Source: a virus (lineage: Duplodnaviria > Caudoviricetes). Taken from it: a stretch of DNA of 59,629 nt. The position numbers were made by a program, and so were the translations under genes. Positions 34,640 through 45,800 of the stretch are shown here, piece by piece. Position 1 is the stretch's first letter, and each line of letters begins with the position of its first letter. The notes under the pieces are model-generated. The model searched no databases. It was given only the letters and a program-made list of their open reading frames with translations, and had not been told where the DNA came from. The stretch is taken from the IMG/VR virus record IMGVR_UViG_3300008255_000012, positions 1-59,629 of that record; one strand, written 5' to 3'.

Positions 34640-34718
34640 GTTAGCGCCTAGTGGTTAACCTTCTGAATTGAGGTTGTCAACATTTACATGCGCTTAATAA
34701 TACCCTTAAAAATGGCAT

Positions 34719-34786
34719 AAAAAAAGCCACCAATTGGAGGAGGTGGCTAAGAAGCAAAAACAACAGAGAAGTGAACAACAAAAGAC
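34719..34786 (-). ncRNA. Candidate trans-acting sRNA (~68 nt)
   Basis: Promoter TTTACA-N17-TATTAT; GU-rich body; AGCCACC-TCCTCCAATT-GGTGGCT-T6 terminator; no ORF. Confidence 0.7.
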
Positions 34787-34792
34787 AAGCTG

Positions 34793-34821
34793 ATAATAGG
34801 GGTTTATAAGGGCATTGTAAA
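34793..34821 (-). promoter_or_regulatory. Sigma70 promoter of the sRNA
   Basis: TTTACA-N17-TATTAT. Confidence 0.7.
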
Positions 34822-34925
34822 GATTAATAATTCATTACTAATCAATTTTGAGGCTATTTAATCGGCGTCTAGTTAGATCGATATTGTAGATCCAAATTGT
34901 TACTAACAAAGAAAGAGGATCTATC

Positions 34926-35657
34926 ATGGCAACATTTACTGAAGGCGATGTATTCCGTGGCATGGGCGGGGATGGCAGCAATGGACTTGGCGGAACTGGC
35001 ATGGGGTTAGTGCTTGGTTTGCTTCTTGGCCGAGGCGGTCTTTTTGGCAATCAAAATGGTGAAGGCGCAGGTTGCGTCACCAATGAAACTATCAACCAAC
35101 AAACGCTAGGCGATATTAAGGCAGCAATCCCATATAACGAGGCGCAAGTACAACTTGCCTTGGCTCAAGCTATGGCGAGCATTACTCAGCAGAATACAAA
35201 CAACACCCAATATTTGTCGCAAGGTCAAACTGCGCAAATACTGGCAACGACACAAGGAGTTGCGGCGTTAAGTCGCGACATTGGTGCTGTTGACACAAAC
35301 GTTGATCGACAAAGTACAGCAATTCAACAAGCAGTGTTTGCCGATGGTGAACGTACTCGACAACTAATTACCTCTAACCGGATTAACGATTTAGAGCAAC
35401 AATTAACTGTTGCTCAACTTCGCGAGTCAGAACAGCGCGGAATTAACCGTGAAATCGTAAACACCAATACGATCACTGTTGGCATGAACCAGCAGCAATC
35501 ACAGCAACAACAACAAATGCAGGCTCTACAATGGCAGTTAAACGCGCTATGTGGTGGAGTTAGCCAAATGGCTAGAGCAACGAACTCTAGTGTTGTTGTC
35601 GGCTCATCAGGTGTTAACGGCTCACAAGCGGCTAACCCCACTAACGTGAGTGCATGA
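34926..35657 (+). CDS. Gly-rich hydrophobic N-terminus + long Gln/Asn-rich coiled-coil protein
   Basis: GAGGA SD; GMGLVLGLLLGRGGLFG, LGDIKAAIP..EAQVQLALA, DGERTRQLI, ANPTNV. Confidence 0.8.
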   Translation: MATFTEGDVFRGMGGDGSNGLGGTGMGLVLGLLLGRGGLFGNQNGEGAGCVTNETINQQTLGDIKAAIPYNEAQVQLALAQAMASITQQNTNNTQYLSQGQTAQILATTQGVAALSRDIGAVDTNVDRQSTAIQQAVFADGERTRQLITSNRINDLEQQLTVAQLRESEQRGINREIVNTNTITVGMNQQQSQQQQQMQALQWQLNALCGGVSQMARATNSSVVVGSSGVNGSQAANPTNVSA

Positions 35658-35812
35658 TCATGGAGCTTCGGTTTAAGAAAGATGGCACGATTGTTATCAG
35701 TCCTGAAAATGACACTGAAGCTATGGCCCTTCGTTATTGGGTTAGTGAGTTTCAAACTCATGGGATGAAGATGATCGAGATCGAGACAGATCACAAGGAC
35801 ATGGACGACTAG
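35654..35812 (+). CDS. Hypothetical 52-aa protein (MIMELRFKKDG...)
   Basis: ATGA-coupled to the Gly-rich gene; not in track. Confidence 0.6.
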   Translation: MIMELRFKKDGTIVISPENDTEAMALRYWVSEFQTHGMKMIEIETDHKDMDD

Positions 35813-35837
35813 CCATATCCTTGCTTCAAACAAGGCG

Positions 35838-36029
35838 CTACATAGGCGCCTTGTTTTTTTCTTTGCTGTAGGCTATTTGGCATCTATCACAGGAAACCAT
35901 TCTACAGCCTTTGCATAGCTGATACCTATCATCAAGATCGCCGCTAGCGGCCATTGATTTAACCTGTTCCGCATTGAGCCCGACTTGCTGGCCAATTGTA
36001 GAAAGTATGATAACCATTTGCTTATTCAT
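35838..36029 (-). CDS. Small Cys-cluster protein
   Basis: GAGGT SD; CKGC....CDRC. Confidence 0.55.
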   Translation of the reverse strand: MNKQMVIILSTIGQQVGLNAEQVKSMAASGDLDDRYQLCKGCRMVSCDRCQIAYSKEKNKAPM

Positions 36030-36037
36030 AACGACCT

Positions 36038-36286
36038 CTATTTCAGATAAGAAGGAAGCTTGTACCCGCTATCATTAAGTCTTTCTTCGATTAGTGGTAT
36101 TAGCTCAGGGTTTTCTTTTAAGAAAATCCTCAACTTATCAATGAAGCCATCACGGATAAAATCACTCGCACTCTTGCCTGTTACCTCAGGAACTATTTTT
36201 GTTATCGCCTTTTCTGCCTCGGTTATGAAAACCTTGTGGTCGGCGGATCTTGCTATTGATGCTTTTAATGGTGGACGCCCTGACAT
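36038..36286 (-). CDS. Ribbon-helix-helix-like regulator
   Basis: GRPP AT-hook-like start, VFITEAEK...GKSASDFIRD. Confidence 0.6.
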   Translation of the reverse strand: MSGRPPLKASIARSADHKVFITEAEKAITKIVPEVTGKSASDFIRDGFIDKLRIFLKENPELIPLIEERLNDSGYKLPSYLK

Positions 36287-36520
36287 GATCTTTCCTTGGT
36301 TTGTTTTTGACAATAATACAATACCCCCAACTCAATACCTTATTAATGCCCTATAATTAAAAAATAGGTGATTAAATCAGCATATTTAAAAAATAATTAA
36401 ATTGGTGGTATTATGCAGTATAACTTATGAATGATTTTAATTTTTAGGCCATAGTAAACCAATGCTCTTGGTGCAACAGTGAAGGTACGGACATTTGGAA
36501 AACTATGAGAAAACAGGCAA

Positions 36521-36742
36521 ATGGATATGAACAGTGCTAAATTTATAGCGTTATGCTTTGGGATGATGACACTGATTACAATGATAATCTCGCCGTTGCT
36601 GGCCGTGGCTTCTGCCATAATGTGTGCAGGTGTTGGTTCAAGGTGTGCATGCAAAGGGATTAATAATGTTCAGTATGCTGTTAGCGCATTGGCCCTTATT
36701 GGAATGTCTGTTTACACACTATTCATAATGCAACAAGCCTAA
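36521..36742 (+). CDS. Small multi-TM membrane protein
   Basis: Hydrophobic segments; stand-alone gene on opposite strand. Confidence 0.5.
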   Translation: MDMNSAKFIALCFGMMTLITMIISPLLAVASAIMCAGVGSRCACKGINNVQYAVSALALIGMSVYTLFIMQQA

Positions 36743-36846
36743 AAAGACACCGCGATTGCGGTGCCATCATTTATTAATACCCTAGGTACACAAACTTATT
36801 TACAGCTAAATAAGGAACCATATGGTCTTGCTGTGTTACCCCTCCG

Positions 36847-38223
36847 CTAAGGTTGTGGTCCCATATAGCTGCCTGCCATAAATAAAGTGCCAGACCCCGT
36901 AGCAAATACTTTAATATTCCAATGTGCTGTCTTATTGGCGGGCGCGCTTCTTGTAAATAGGTCATACTCTATTGTTTGATAACTAGAAGATGTCATTGAT
37001 ACAGAAGGCGCTATGCTTAACGTCCCAGTAGACTGCCACATATTTTCGTTAACTGAGTTCATTCCTGTTAAAGTGCTCCCTGTAAACTTACTCACAGTTT
37101 GCCCGCCACTAGTTTGCGATAAATTTGTGGCAGGAGATTTAGTCATCGTTAGGTTCCCACCCCCAGAAGCAGGTTGACTCCATGTAAATAACATCCCTCC
37201 TAACGTAATGCTTTTATTATTCCAATAACCATTCCCTCCAGTTTCAACGCTTGCATATTCCATGACAGCGGTCGTACTAGTCGTGCTTCCTCCAACCTTA
37301 CGCTTAATATATGCAAGTATGCTTGATAAGGTCACCTGCATTAAAGTGCCGCTGTTATTTACTAAAACACCATCATCGTCTTCAACAGAGGTTGTTTCTG
37401 GAGTGGTTGCCCCCGACAATGTTGATAGCTCTGTATTAGTTACATTACTGGCGGTGGTCAGTCCTTGAGAATTTGACAGTAAAACCTTATTAGGGGATAC
37501 CACTGCCTCAATGGGTGCATCCTCAAAAACTCGTAACCTTACAGCAGAATAATGAGTAGCTGCATTAGCTGCGCTAGGGCGCACTTGTAAGTAATTGGCT
37601 ACCCCGTCTTCATTACCTTTACGTAACTTAATACAAGTAACAATCGGGGTTCCTGCTAACCCCTCTATAGGGTGAGTGAACCACCAGTCAACCGTATCAC
37701 CAGATTCGTAAGCTTGCCCTGTAAACTTTTGCTCATAAGCTTGAATACCTGTTTCATCTGTGCCGTACCACGCTTGGTATTCAAGCCAATCATTGGCAGC
37801 TACCGCCTCCATTACTATAAAGGTTTGCCCTAATACGGAATGATTACCTAGTAGCGCGGCAGCCTTATTGTATGCAACCGAGCCAGAAGCAGCCGCAGCC
37901 CCATACGGCTCCAATGTTTGCATATCAGCGTACTTTCTAATGCTAGGAGTAATAACTCCACCAGCTCCACGGTTAGATGGAATGCGATGGTCTTTAAGCC
38001 CTGACCAAGCAGGGAAAAAGTTAATATTACTGTTAAGGTTAGTAAAGAAGATGTTCTCAGCACCAGAACTCATCTTGTGTTGATCGCCTAGGAAGAAGCT
38101 ATTAAGCGTGGTCTGTATTTCCCTGTCAGATTCAATTTGATTAGTTTCAGAGTTGTACTTTAAATGCTTTAAAGTATCTTGGTCTTTTTTAGAAATATTA
38201 CCTTTACCAAATTTCGCACCCAT
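36847..38223 (-). CDS. Putative fibre/virion appendage protein
   Basis: Start MGAKF after GAGG; TELSTLSG..DDDGVLVNNSGTLMQV fibre-like segment, Ser/Thr/Gly-rich C-terminus. Confidence 0.5.
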   Translation of the reverse strand: MGAKFGKGNISKKDQDTLKHLKYNSETNQIESDREIQTTLNSFFLGDQHKMSSGAENIFFTNLNSNINFFPAWSGLKDHRIPSNRGAGGVITPSIRKYADMQTLEPYGAAAASGSVAYNKAAALLGNHSVLGQTFIVMEAVAANDWLEYQAWYGTDETGIQAYEQKFTGQAYESGDTVDWWFTHPIEGLAGTPIVTCIKLRKGNEDGVANYLQVRPSAANAATHYSAVRLRVFEDAPIEAVVSPNKVLLSNSQGLTTASNVTNTELSTLSGATTPETTSVEDDDGVLVNNSGTLMQVTLSSILAYIKRKVGGSTTSTTAVMEYASVETGGNGYWNNKSITLGGMLFTWSQPASGGGNLTMTKSPATNLSQTSGGQTVSKFTGSTLTGMNSVNENMWQSTGTLSIAPSVSMTSSSYQTIEYDLFTRSAPANKTAHWNIKVFATGSGTLFMAGSYMGPQP

Positions 38224-38224
38224 A

Positions 38225-38488
38225 TTAGTCAACCTCAGCATTTATTTGGCTGTTTCCAAGCAAGAAAACCTCTTTCTCGCCAGATGGAACTTGGAGCAAA
38301 ACCTCAGGCAATGCAGGGAGTACCCTAAAGTTAAGCGTTGACACTTCAGGCTTTGCATCACCGATATGAAACTTTACCTTTGACGGGCCAATGTTCTGCA
38401 CATTAAACGCTTGACCTATTGGTATTGCGAATAACGCATTAACAGACTGATACTCTTTGCCGTTAAGCTGCTCGGTTTTATTTGTCAC
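38225..38488 (-). CDS. Small beta-rich virion-type protein
   Basis: FNVQNIGPSKV motif; coupled to fibre-like gene. Confidence 0.5.
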   Translation of the reverse strand: MTNKTEQLNGKEYQSVNALFAIPIGQAFNVQNIGPSKVKFHIGDAKPEVSTLNFRVLPALPEVLLQVPSGEKEVFLLGNSQINAEVD

Positions 38489-38711
38489 GATAGGACACCT
38501 GTATTAGTTACTGAAGTCATTACTATATGTTAGATATTAGTGCATTTTATATACCCTAATAATTGCAATTTTATAGTTTTTTAAGTGCGCCGATATCACG
38601 CTGCTGTTATTTGTGTTTGGCTTAAAGGTAGGAAAGCCTTCTTTTAAAAATGTAGCACGCATTTAAATTTTTATGCACCTAGCTCAACTTAAAACAACTA
38701 AAATATAAACG

Positions 38712-38739
38712 TTTACATTTTGACTATTTAATGTATTGT
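38712..38739 (+). promoter_or_regulatory. Promoter for KilA-N operon
   Basis: TTTACA-N16-TATTGT. Confidence 0.5.
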
Positions 38740-38773
38740 TAGCTAAATAATACAGGTAAATTAAAGGGAATCC

Positions 38774-39292
38774 ATGAAGCCATTGGTGATAAATTCAACA
38801 GAAATAACCACCGACTCACAAGGAAGGTTTAGCCTCAATGACTTGCACAAGGCTGCTGGCGGTATGACTAAGGATTTGCCTAACAAGTTTATGAGGTCAG
38901 AGTCTTTTAAAAATGTGTGCGACGTTTTAATTGCCCAGAATAGGGCATTTGAACCAGTTGTAAAAAAACAAGGTCGCTATAACGGAGGCACTTGGGTTTG
39001 CAAAGAGTTGGTTTATAAGTACGCGATGTGGGTTAACGCAGATTTTGAAGTAAAGGTTATTCAAACTTTTGATTCTTTGTTCAACGCATTAGCCGCCCCA
39101 TCATCAATGGCCGCACTTAATGAGCTAACCGCTAAGATAGAGTCTGACAAAGACGTAGCTAGTTTTTGCGGTAAGGAGCTCAACAAGTACAAGCTGGTCA
39201 AGAAGCAAAACGAAGATGCCTTTTTGGCCGAGGTAAAAAAAGCCCAGCTAACTCTTGGATTTGTAAACAGTGATAATTTACCGAGGGGGTGA
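38774..39292 (+). CDS. KilA-N domain protein
   Basis: GRFSLNDLHKAAG, GTWVCKELVYKYAMWV..FEVKVI.TFD. Confidence 0.9.
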   Translation: MKPLVINSTEITTDSQGRFSLNDLHKAAGGMTKDLPNKFMRSESFKNVCDVLIAQNRAFEPVVKKQGRYNGGTWVCKELVYKYAMWVNADFEVKVIQTFDSLFNALAAPSSMAALNELTAKIESDKDVASFCGKELNKYKLVKKQNEDAFLAEVKKAQLTLGFVNSDNLPRG

Positions 39293-39295
39293 TTA

Positions 39296-39640
39296 ATGTT
39301 TGACGCAAATGCTGCACACATAAAAGAAGGTGAACTATTTTTTGCTGAGGTTCATGGTACTGACTCACAGCTTTTAGCTGCTGGAATAAATAATGGCGAC
39401 ATAATTATGGTTAGCCATGTGAAGAAATCTAGTGGAAGGCCAAGAGAAAATCTTTTGAGTAAGGTGTGGAAAGCTAAAGGGTTAGATCCTATTGAGTGGA
39501 GCTCGACTGGTTCTAGCGAATGGTCTTGGATGGTTTACTCTGGAAGACCTGACGGGCATGGATTTATTAGTCATCACTGGAAAGATAAGGCTTTGGCATT
39601 CCTTGGTGGTGAATGGAATAAAGAAAAAGGCAATGAATGA
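39296..39640 (+). CDS. Hypothetical protein
   Basis: GAGGGGG SD. Confidence 0.6.
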   Translation: MFDANAAHIKEGELFFAEVHGTDSQLLAAGINNGDIIMVSHVKKSSGRPRENLLSKVWKAKGLDPIEWSSTGSSEWSWMVYSGRPDGHGFISHHWKDKALAFLGGEWNKEKGNE

Positions 39641-39804
39641 TGAGATTATTTTCAGCTATATCAGTAATTTTTGGACTTGCAGTTTGGTATCTATCAGGTA
39701 ACGAACTAGGCTTTGCTGTCGGGGTTGGTTGCTTTTGGTGCGGTGCCGTGGCTTCATCGGCACTAGGGATGTGCAAGAAAATCAGCAAAGACAGCATTCT
39801 ATAA
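39637..39804 (+). CDS. Small two-TM protein (MMRLFSAISV...)
   Basis: ATGA-coupled; ends at terminator; not in track. Confidence 0.55.
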   Translation: MMRLFSAISVIFGLAVWYLSGNELGFAVGVGCFWCGAVASSALGMCKKISKDSIL

Positions 39805-39828
39805 ATAAAGGGGCTTTCGCCCCTTTAT
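39805..39828. terminator. Bidirectional terminator
   Basis: ATAAAGGGGC-TTTC-GCCCCTTTAT. Confidence 0.75.
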
Positions 39829-39834
39829 CATTTC

Positions 39835-42800
39835 TTACTTCACGCTTACCGCTTCGTTGTATGCCTTATTGAATCTAGCAGCCATTAAACGCTTTCTTTC
39901 CTCAATTGCATCTATGCGGGTTTGCTTTTGCTCATCACTGAGCTTGCTCGCATCAATCGCCGCCTTTTGCTTATTCAGCCTAGTAAGCTCTTTCTGAATA
40001 CCCTTTGTCATGGATATCAGCTTAACCTTTGGCCTGTTCTCGGTTATAAACTTTATCCGCTCTTCACCGGGCAACATGGTAGCTTGCTTCTCTACTGTCT
40101 TTATTTCATCGAAGCGTTTATACATTTCTGATATATCGACAGACTCAGAGATTGAGCCCATGTACTTGCGCCAGAATGGGATCTCGCCAGACTCAACGCT
40201 TTCACCTTTAACTGTTTTGACAGCCAAATCTTGCGACCTTCCAAACAAAGAGCCCAGCCCGCCGCCGGCAAACTTAATTAGGTGTTGCCATGACTCAGGC
40301 GCAATATCGACAACGCCTGATTTAAATTGGTTTCCGCCGGTTAAGTCGTTTAGGTACTCGCTTAATCCTTTAGCCCACTCCCATGTTTTACGCTGTGAGT
40401 TGTAAGCATCAGGCGTTTTAAGACCGAAAGGATTTTGCTCTTTGTAGATAGGCGAGCCAGTAAAGTTTTCATTAAGTGCCATTTCTACAAACGGCTTTAA
40501 CACTGCTGGCGCTGCCGTCTTTACAACTTGCGAGGTCATCTGTTCAGAACTAACCGCGCCCAATGGCGAAAACGCACCAGCAAATGCGGCAACAGTATCG
40601 AATGCTGATTCGATGGCGGTTGATTCGGTGTTCATGCTTCTGTCGATGGCATTGCCTATCGATGCAAAGAAGTTGTACCCATAAGGCATTGGTATTTTTA
40701 TGAAGTCGCCTTCACTGCCTGGGATCATTAATACAAAGTTTGTCTCCTTCACATAATCAGGGACCTTATCGTAAAATGGTTTTCCATCGTCATCATCGCC
40801 GCCCCACTCCCTGTTTGCCTGCGCCATTAATATTGTGGCTATTGGCAGGGCCATAGCAATTTTCTGGGTTAGGTTATAGAACTCAGGATCCCAAATCTTT
40901 TTAGTCTTGTCGGCCGGAGTCATTACCGCACGTAACATGTTGGCCGTACCCTGCACGCTGGCATTGAAGAACATGTAAAGCGCGTTAATGCTATTGGTCA
41001 TTTCTCCGCGACGGTTAAAGTTTACTGTCAGGTTTTTAGCGAGTGATGCAGCGGCCTTTTCAGTAAGTCCCAGACGACGGGCATTTGTGTAAACAGATAG
41101 CCTAGAAGAATTTTCGATAACGTCGTTATAGTCGTCGATGAACTTAAGCATCTTGTCTTTGCTGCGGATCAGCTTGTTCTTAGCGCCTTCGCCAGTAGTG
41201 CTTATTGAGCGAGTAATATCATCCTTAATTTCGTCAATATCCTTTTGCACGAACCAGCCTGTTTTGGCTCCTGCGTCCAAATATTCTTTTAGGTATGCTC
41301 CCCACTCTCCAGTGAAATCGTTATCCCTAAACCCGCGCTTTAGCGCTTTCATTGAGCTAGGGATATCCTTAACCATTTCTTTGGCAAGATCCTTAGTTCC
41401 TAACGCCTTACCCCCTTCTATCTTTGACTCTGCCAGCACGTTATAAACTGCGGTTTGCACATCTCGGGCAAAGTTAGATAAAGCAAACTGAGGGTCATAG
41501 CTGGTGATTAGCGCCGATAGTACGCGGGTAACTCGGCCAATAGTCTTAGTTAGAATGTTAGCCTGTTCAACGCCAAGGTTTGCCATAGCCTCCATCAATC
41601 GAGGATCGTGCAACTTAATGTAATACTGCTCTCCGCCCATTTTTGCGCCAAGGTACTTATCCTTCATCGCGTGCATTGGCATTACAGTTTCGATCACTGT
41701 TTCAACTGTCTTGCCAGTAGCGGGATCTTTGCGCTTTGTTATCTTGCGGGTTGTATCAGGATTTTCACTGCTGAACACCTGCCAAAGCTCCGGGTCTGGG
41801 TTCGCATCAACAAGCCTAAGCATTGTCTGAGCTACTTCGTTTTTTCTTGCGCGGATAGCCGACTGAGTAGCATCAGAAATGACATAAGCAAGCGGCGACT
41901 CTGACACTGTGCGTCTGCCCATTGCTCGCATTGTTTCCCTGCCATGTACGCTGAAGCCTTTCCCTGTGGCCTTAACTCTGTTTCCTTCCGTGTCAGACTC
42001 ATTGACAGCAAAACCTTTAAGCGGAACGTAATGCTTATATGCAGAGTCCCACGAATCAACAATATCTTGTGACTCTAAACCTGAGTCAATTAACCTTTGC
42101 TTTGTTGAGTTGATAATGCCATCAACAAACGCAGCCGCCGCCTTAACTTTTGTCATGGTGCCTTCTTTGGTGAAGTTATCCATGATCTTTGCAGCCTCGG
42201 CATCCGTCATGCCAGAACCACCATCCTGTATATCAGGGTTTATTTTGGCAATTTGAGCGTTACGCTCTGGCGCGTGGCGGGCAATCAAGTACAGATCAAG
42301 CTCTTCGCGTGAAACGTTTTCTTTGCCCATGTACTCGACAAGCGGCTTGATGTATTGATCTTCCATTACTCGTAAATCTTCTCCGACCTTGCCGTGGAAT
42401 AATTCCTCTGCAAGATAAACGTCTTTGCTTTCATCAATCATACCGCCCTGCTCTTTAACGGCCTTCTGCGTGACTTTAAGGCGACGGTATTTATCCTGTA
42501 TAGACCTGAGGAAAGCATCCTTCCTAGTTTCGTCTGGAATGCTAAAGCCATCTTTTGCGGTTAACTGATTACTGAACTTTATATCGTTCTTTATTTCAGA
42601 GCGGCCGGCGCTGACAGTTTTTATCCTTTCCCCGATGATGCGGATCATATCCTTAATCTCGGTTGCCGTTATTTTGTCGCCAACAAATCCAACTTTTCTT
42701 AGGGCCCGAGTAATTGCGGCAATAATTCTATTGCCCCACTCTCCAAGCTTGCTAGGTTCCAACTCTGCGATACTGGCGATCACTTCCTCGGCCTTTGCAT

Positions 42801-45800
42801 TCTCATCAAATCCTTCATATCTTTCATCGATATCAGACCAAATTGACTCAAGGCTTTTAGCGTTACGGCTGGCAGACACTAGGTTGACAACGTTACGCCA
42901 TTCGTCTTGGCCGACCACCCGCATAAGCCCGTGGTGAGCTAACACTTCATGTCGAAGTATCTTGCGCGCATCTGCTGCGCTATCGATGTTATTTGATATC
43001 AATACCACTTCGTTAGTGCGAGGATTGTAAAAAGCATGTCTTAACACGCTCTCATCATCTTGGATGCCAGCGTAATCCATTGCTTCTTTCTGTGTCTGAA
43101 AGACCATTGCCTTGATACCAGCAGCGCCTTTGTACTCTTTGATGAATGATTTTGCGATAACATCAACTTGCTTTGCTGGCATCCCTTTTGGCGTGCCGGC
43201 AACTATTGAGTCACTGCTAAATTTAATTATTTCACTTGATGGCTCTTTAGATACTGAATCGCTAACCTCTTCAGGCTTTTCAACTAATATGGTCTTGGTC
43301 CTTACCGCAGTTGGGTTAAGTGACTCCAAGAATGCATTTTCAGGTAATAACTCTTCTTGCCCATCCAGTGATGAAACCCATTCTTTAAACGCTTTATTTT
43401 TATTATTTGAACGGTCACCGGCCATGCTGCTAACAATGGCAACTAACTTACCGCCAGCCTTTAGCATGTCGTAAGCGTGGTATACGTGATCGATATCCTG
43501 GTCATTAGAGAAAGGCGGGTTCATTACTATTCGGTCATAAACAGGGCCAGATTTAAACTCCATAAAATCATCACCGACCAGGTTGTATCCCTTCTCCTGA
43601 AGGATAGCCCTTAGGTCGCCTGCCATTTCAACAACATCAATGTCAGCGCCGAACTTATTCATAGCATCGGCAAGCTCGCCGTTTCCAGCCGACGGTTCTA
43701 AAACCTTCATGCCTTCACCAATTCCGGCCAACGATACAACGTCGTCAGATATTGTCTTTGGAGTGGGGAAAAAGTCATTGAAAGCATTTCTGTTCAAGCG
43801 CATTTTTCGCTTAAGCTCTCTCTCCATTACTTCAACAGTGGTTTTTTGCTTTGGTGCATCGATAGATGACTTAATGCTATTTAACTCGATCAGCGCGGTT
43901 CTTAACGCTGCTGGCGTGTCGATACCCATTCTTGTTAGGCGCGAGTATTCAGCGGCAAGCTCTGTGCCGTTGTAATAGTTAGGCTGGTCTTTGAGGAAAT
44001 CTAACAGCTTATTAAAGTATGGCTTAGAAGGATCTAATGTTGCATAGTCTCGCTGCCCAAGTCCCGCTATTGTTTTTTTCAGCGATGCTGCGGCCTGCTT
44101 ATATCCGCTCATATTATCCATTTCGCTTGACCATCTTTCTATTGCTGAATAATGGCTATCAATCATAGGGAATCGTGAAAACTGTACTCGGTCCTCAATG
44201 CTTACGCTGCTTTTCCATGAAAGGTTTGAATTTCTATCACGATCCATTAACTCGTCAATTTTTGACTGAGGAACGTTATATCTCAAACCATTCATTTTTT
44301 TATCTAGCGTTTCTAGCTGCGCTTTGCTGCTTAGTTCTGCTAGATATTTTATTTCTCCCGACTCGATGCCATTAGCTACGGCCCTTAGCATTTTGGCAAA
44401 TGACGCATCAGAATCGGCTTTAGCTCTTGAAGAGTCAGCCATTCGCATTTGCCTTGCTGTGTTTTCTCTGCGAGTAGAGGAAAGATCTTCATTAGCTTTC
44501 TGCTCTAACTTTTCAGCCATAGATATAAGCTTGGTAACTTTTACCTTTTGCTTTACCTCTTCACCTTTAGTTAATTGCTCAGTTCTATCTATGTCGCCGC
44601 CCTTTATCCACGATGTAAACTCGTCGGCAGACTTTTGATCAGGAAGATAGAAATTGCCACGCCAATAACCTCCGCCCATGGATCGCGCTTGTGCTGCTGC
44701 TTGCTTAAATTGATCAGCGCCTAATCGTCCAAGCTTGACATTGATTATTGGCTCACCTGTTTTCCCATGTGTTCCAGTCGATGTTTCAACAACTTCAACA
44801 TCAGCGCCTAGCCCTTTTTTTACGGCCTTAGCCATTTTGCTTTCTACTCGCTTAGATAATCCCGCCTCAGTTAAAAGTGCTTCATATCTAACTTTTTGCT
44901 CAGTTGTAAGTTTGTCCTCACCTCTTAGGTTTACAAATTGCTTGAACTCATCAAGTGTTTCAGGGTTTTTAACAGACTTAACCATGCCTTCAAACTTGGT
45001 TTTATATTCACCACGTTTTTTAGCTAGATCTTCTTTGTATGCTTCTATCGATTCTGGTGTGATTTTTTTAGCCGATTCTATAACAGCATTTTCATAAGCA
45101 TTTTTGCCCATGCCATAAGATAGCGTTTCAGCAATGTGGAAACGTGATAAAAGTTGTTGATAATAATAACTTACAGCAACATCTTTCTTTTCAGATTTTG
45201 CTCTTGCTGCTGCCATTGGCCCAAGTTTTTCCAGTAGCTTAGGCTTGGTGTATGCCTTTGATATTTCAGACATTAAACGTTCTTTGTCTGCTGAAAGTTG
45301 TTCCGCGCCAGCAACATATTCACTAGGGGTAAGATCCCCTTCGATAGCTTTTTTACTTAAGCTATCCCAATCAGCATGGGACTTGTTTTTAAATTCAATT
45401 GGCTCGACTTCTGCTGCTGGCAATTCCTTAACAGCTTCAGGCTTTGTTTCTTCTGCTGTTTTTTTATCTGAGGCTTTTGCTGCATCAATTTCTAAGCTTA
45501 CTTTTTTGGCCGCATCCTCAAACATTTTCATGCCAATGAAATTATCAGACCGCTCTTTGTCTGCCAGCTCTGAATATGTTTTCCCCCCTGCCATTCCTGC
45601 CCATATTCTTCCTGCAATATCGCGAGCCTTTTTTGCGGCCATACTTCCGCCAAGCTCTTGCAATGCTAAGCTTCCCATTCCTTCTCTAATTCGAGATATA
45701 TCATCAAAACTATATTCTTGTGATGACTTCGCCTCAGCTTCAGGCATTGGAGCTGTAACCGCTTCAGCTTCCGATTCCGCTTCTGCTGGCTTTTCCGTTT

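Noticed and set aside
34756-34770. Plus-strand AACAACAGAGA as RBS leader of the 34926 gene
   Set aside because: It is ~160 nt from that start codon, and the promoter and U-tract terminator point to a minus-strand RNA
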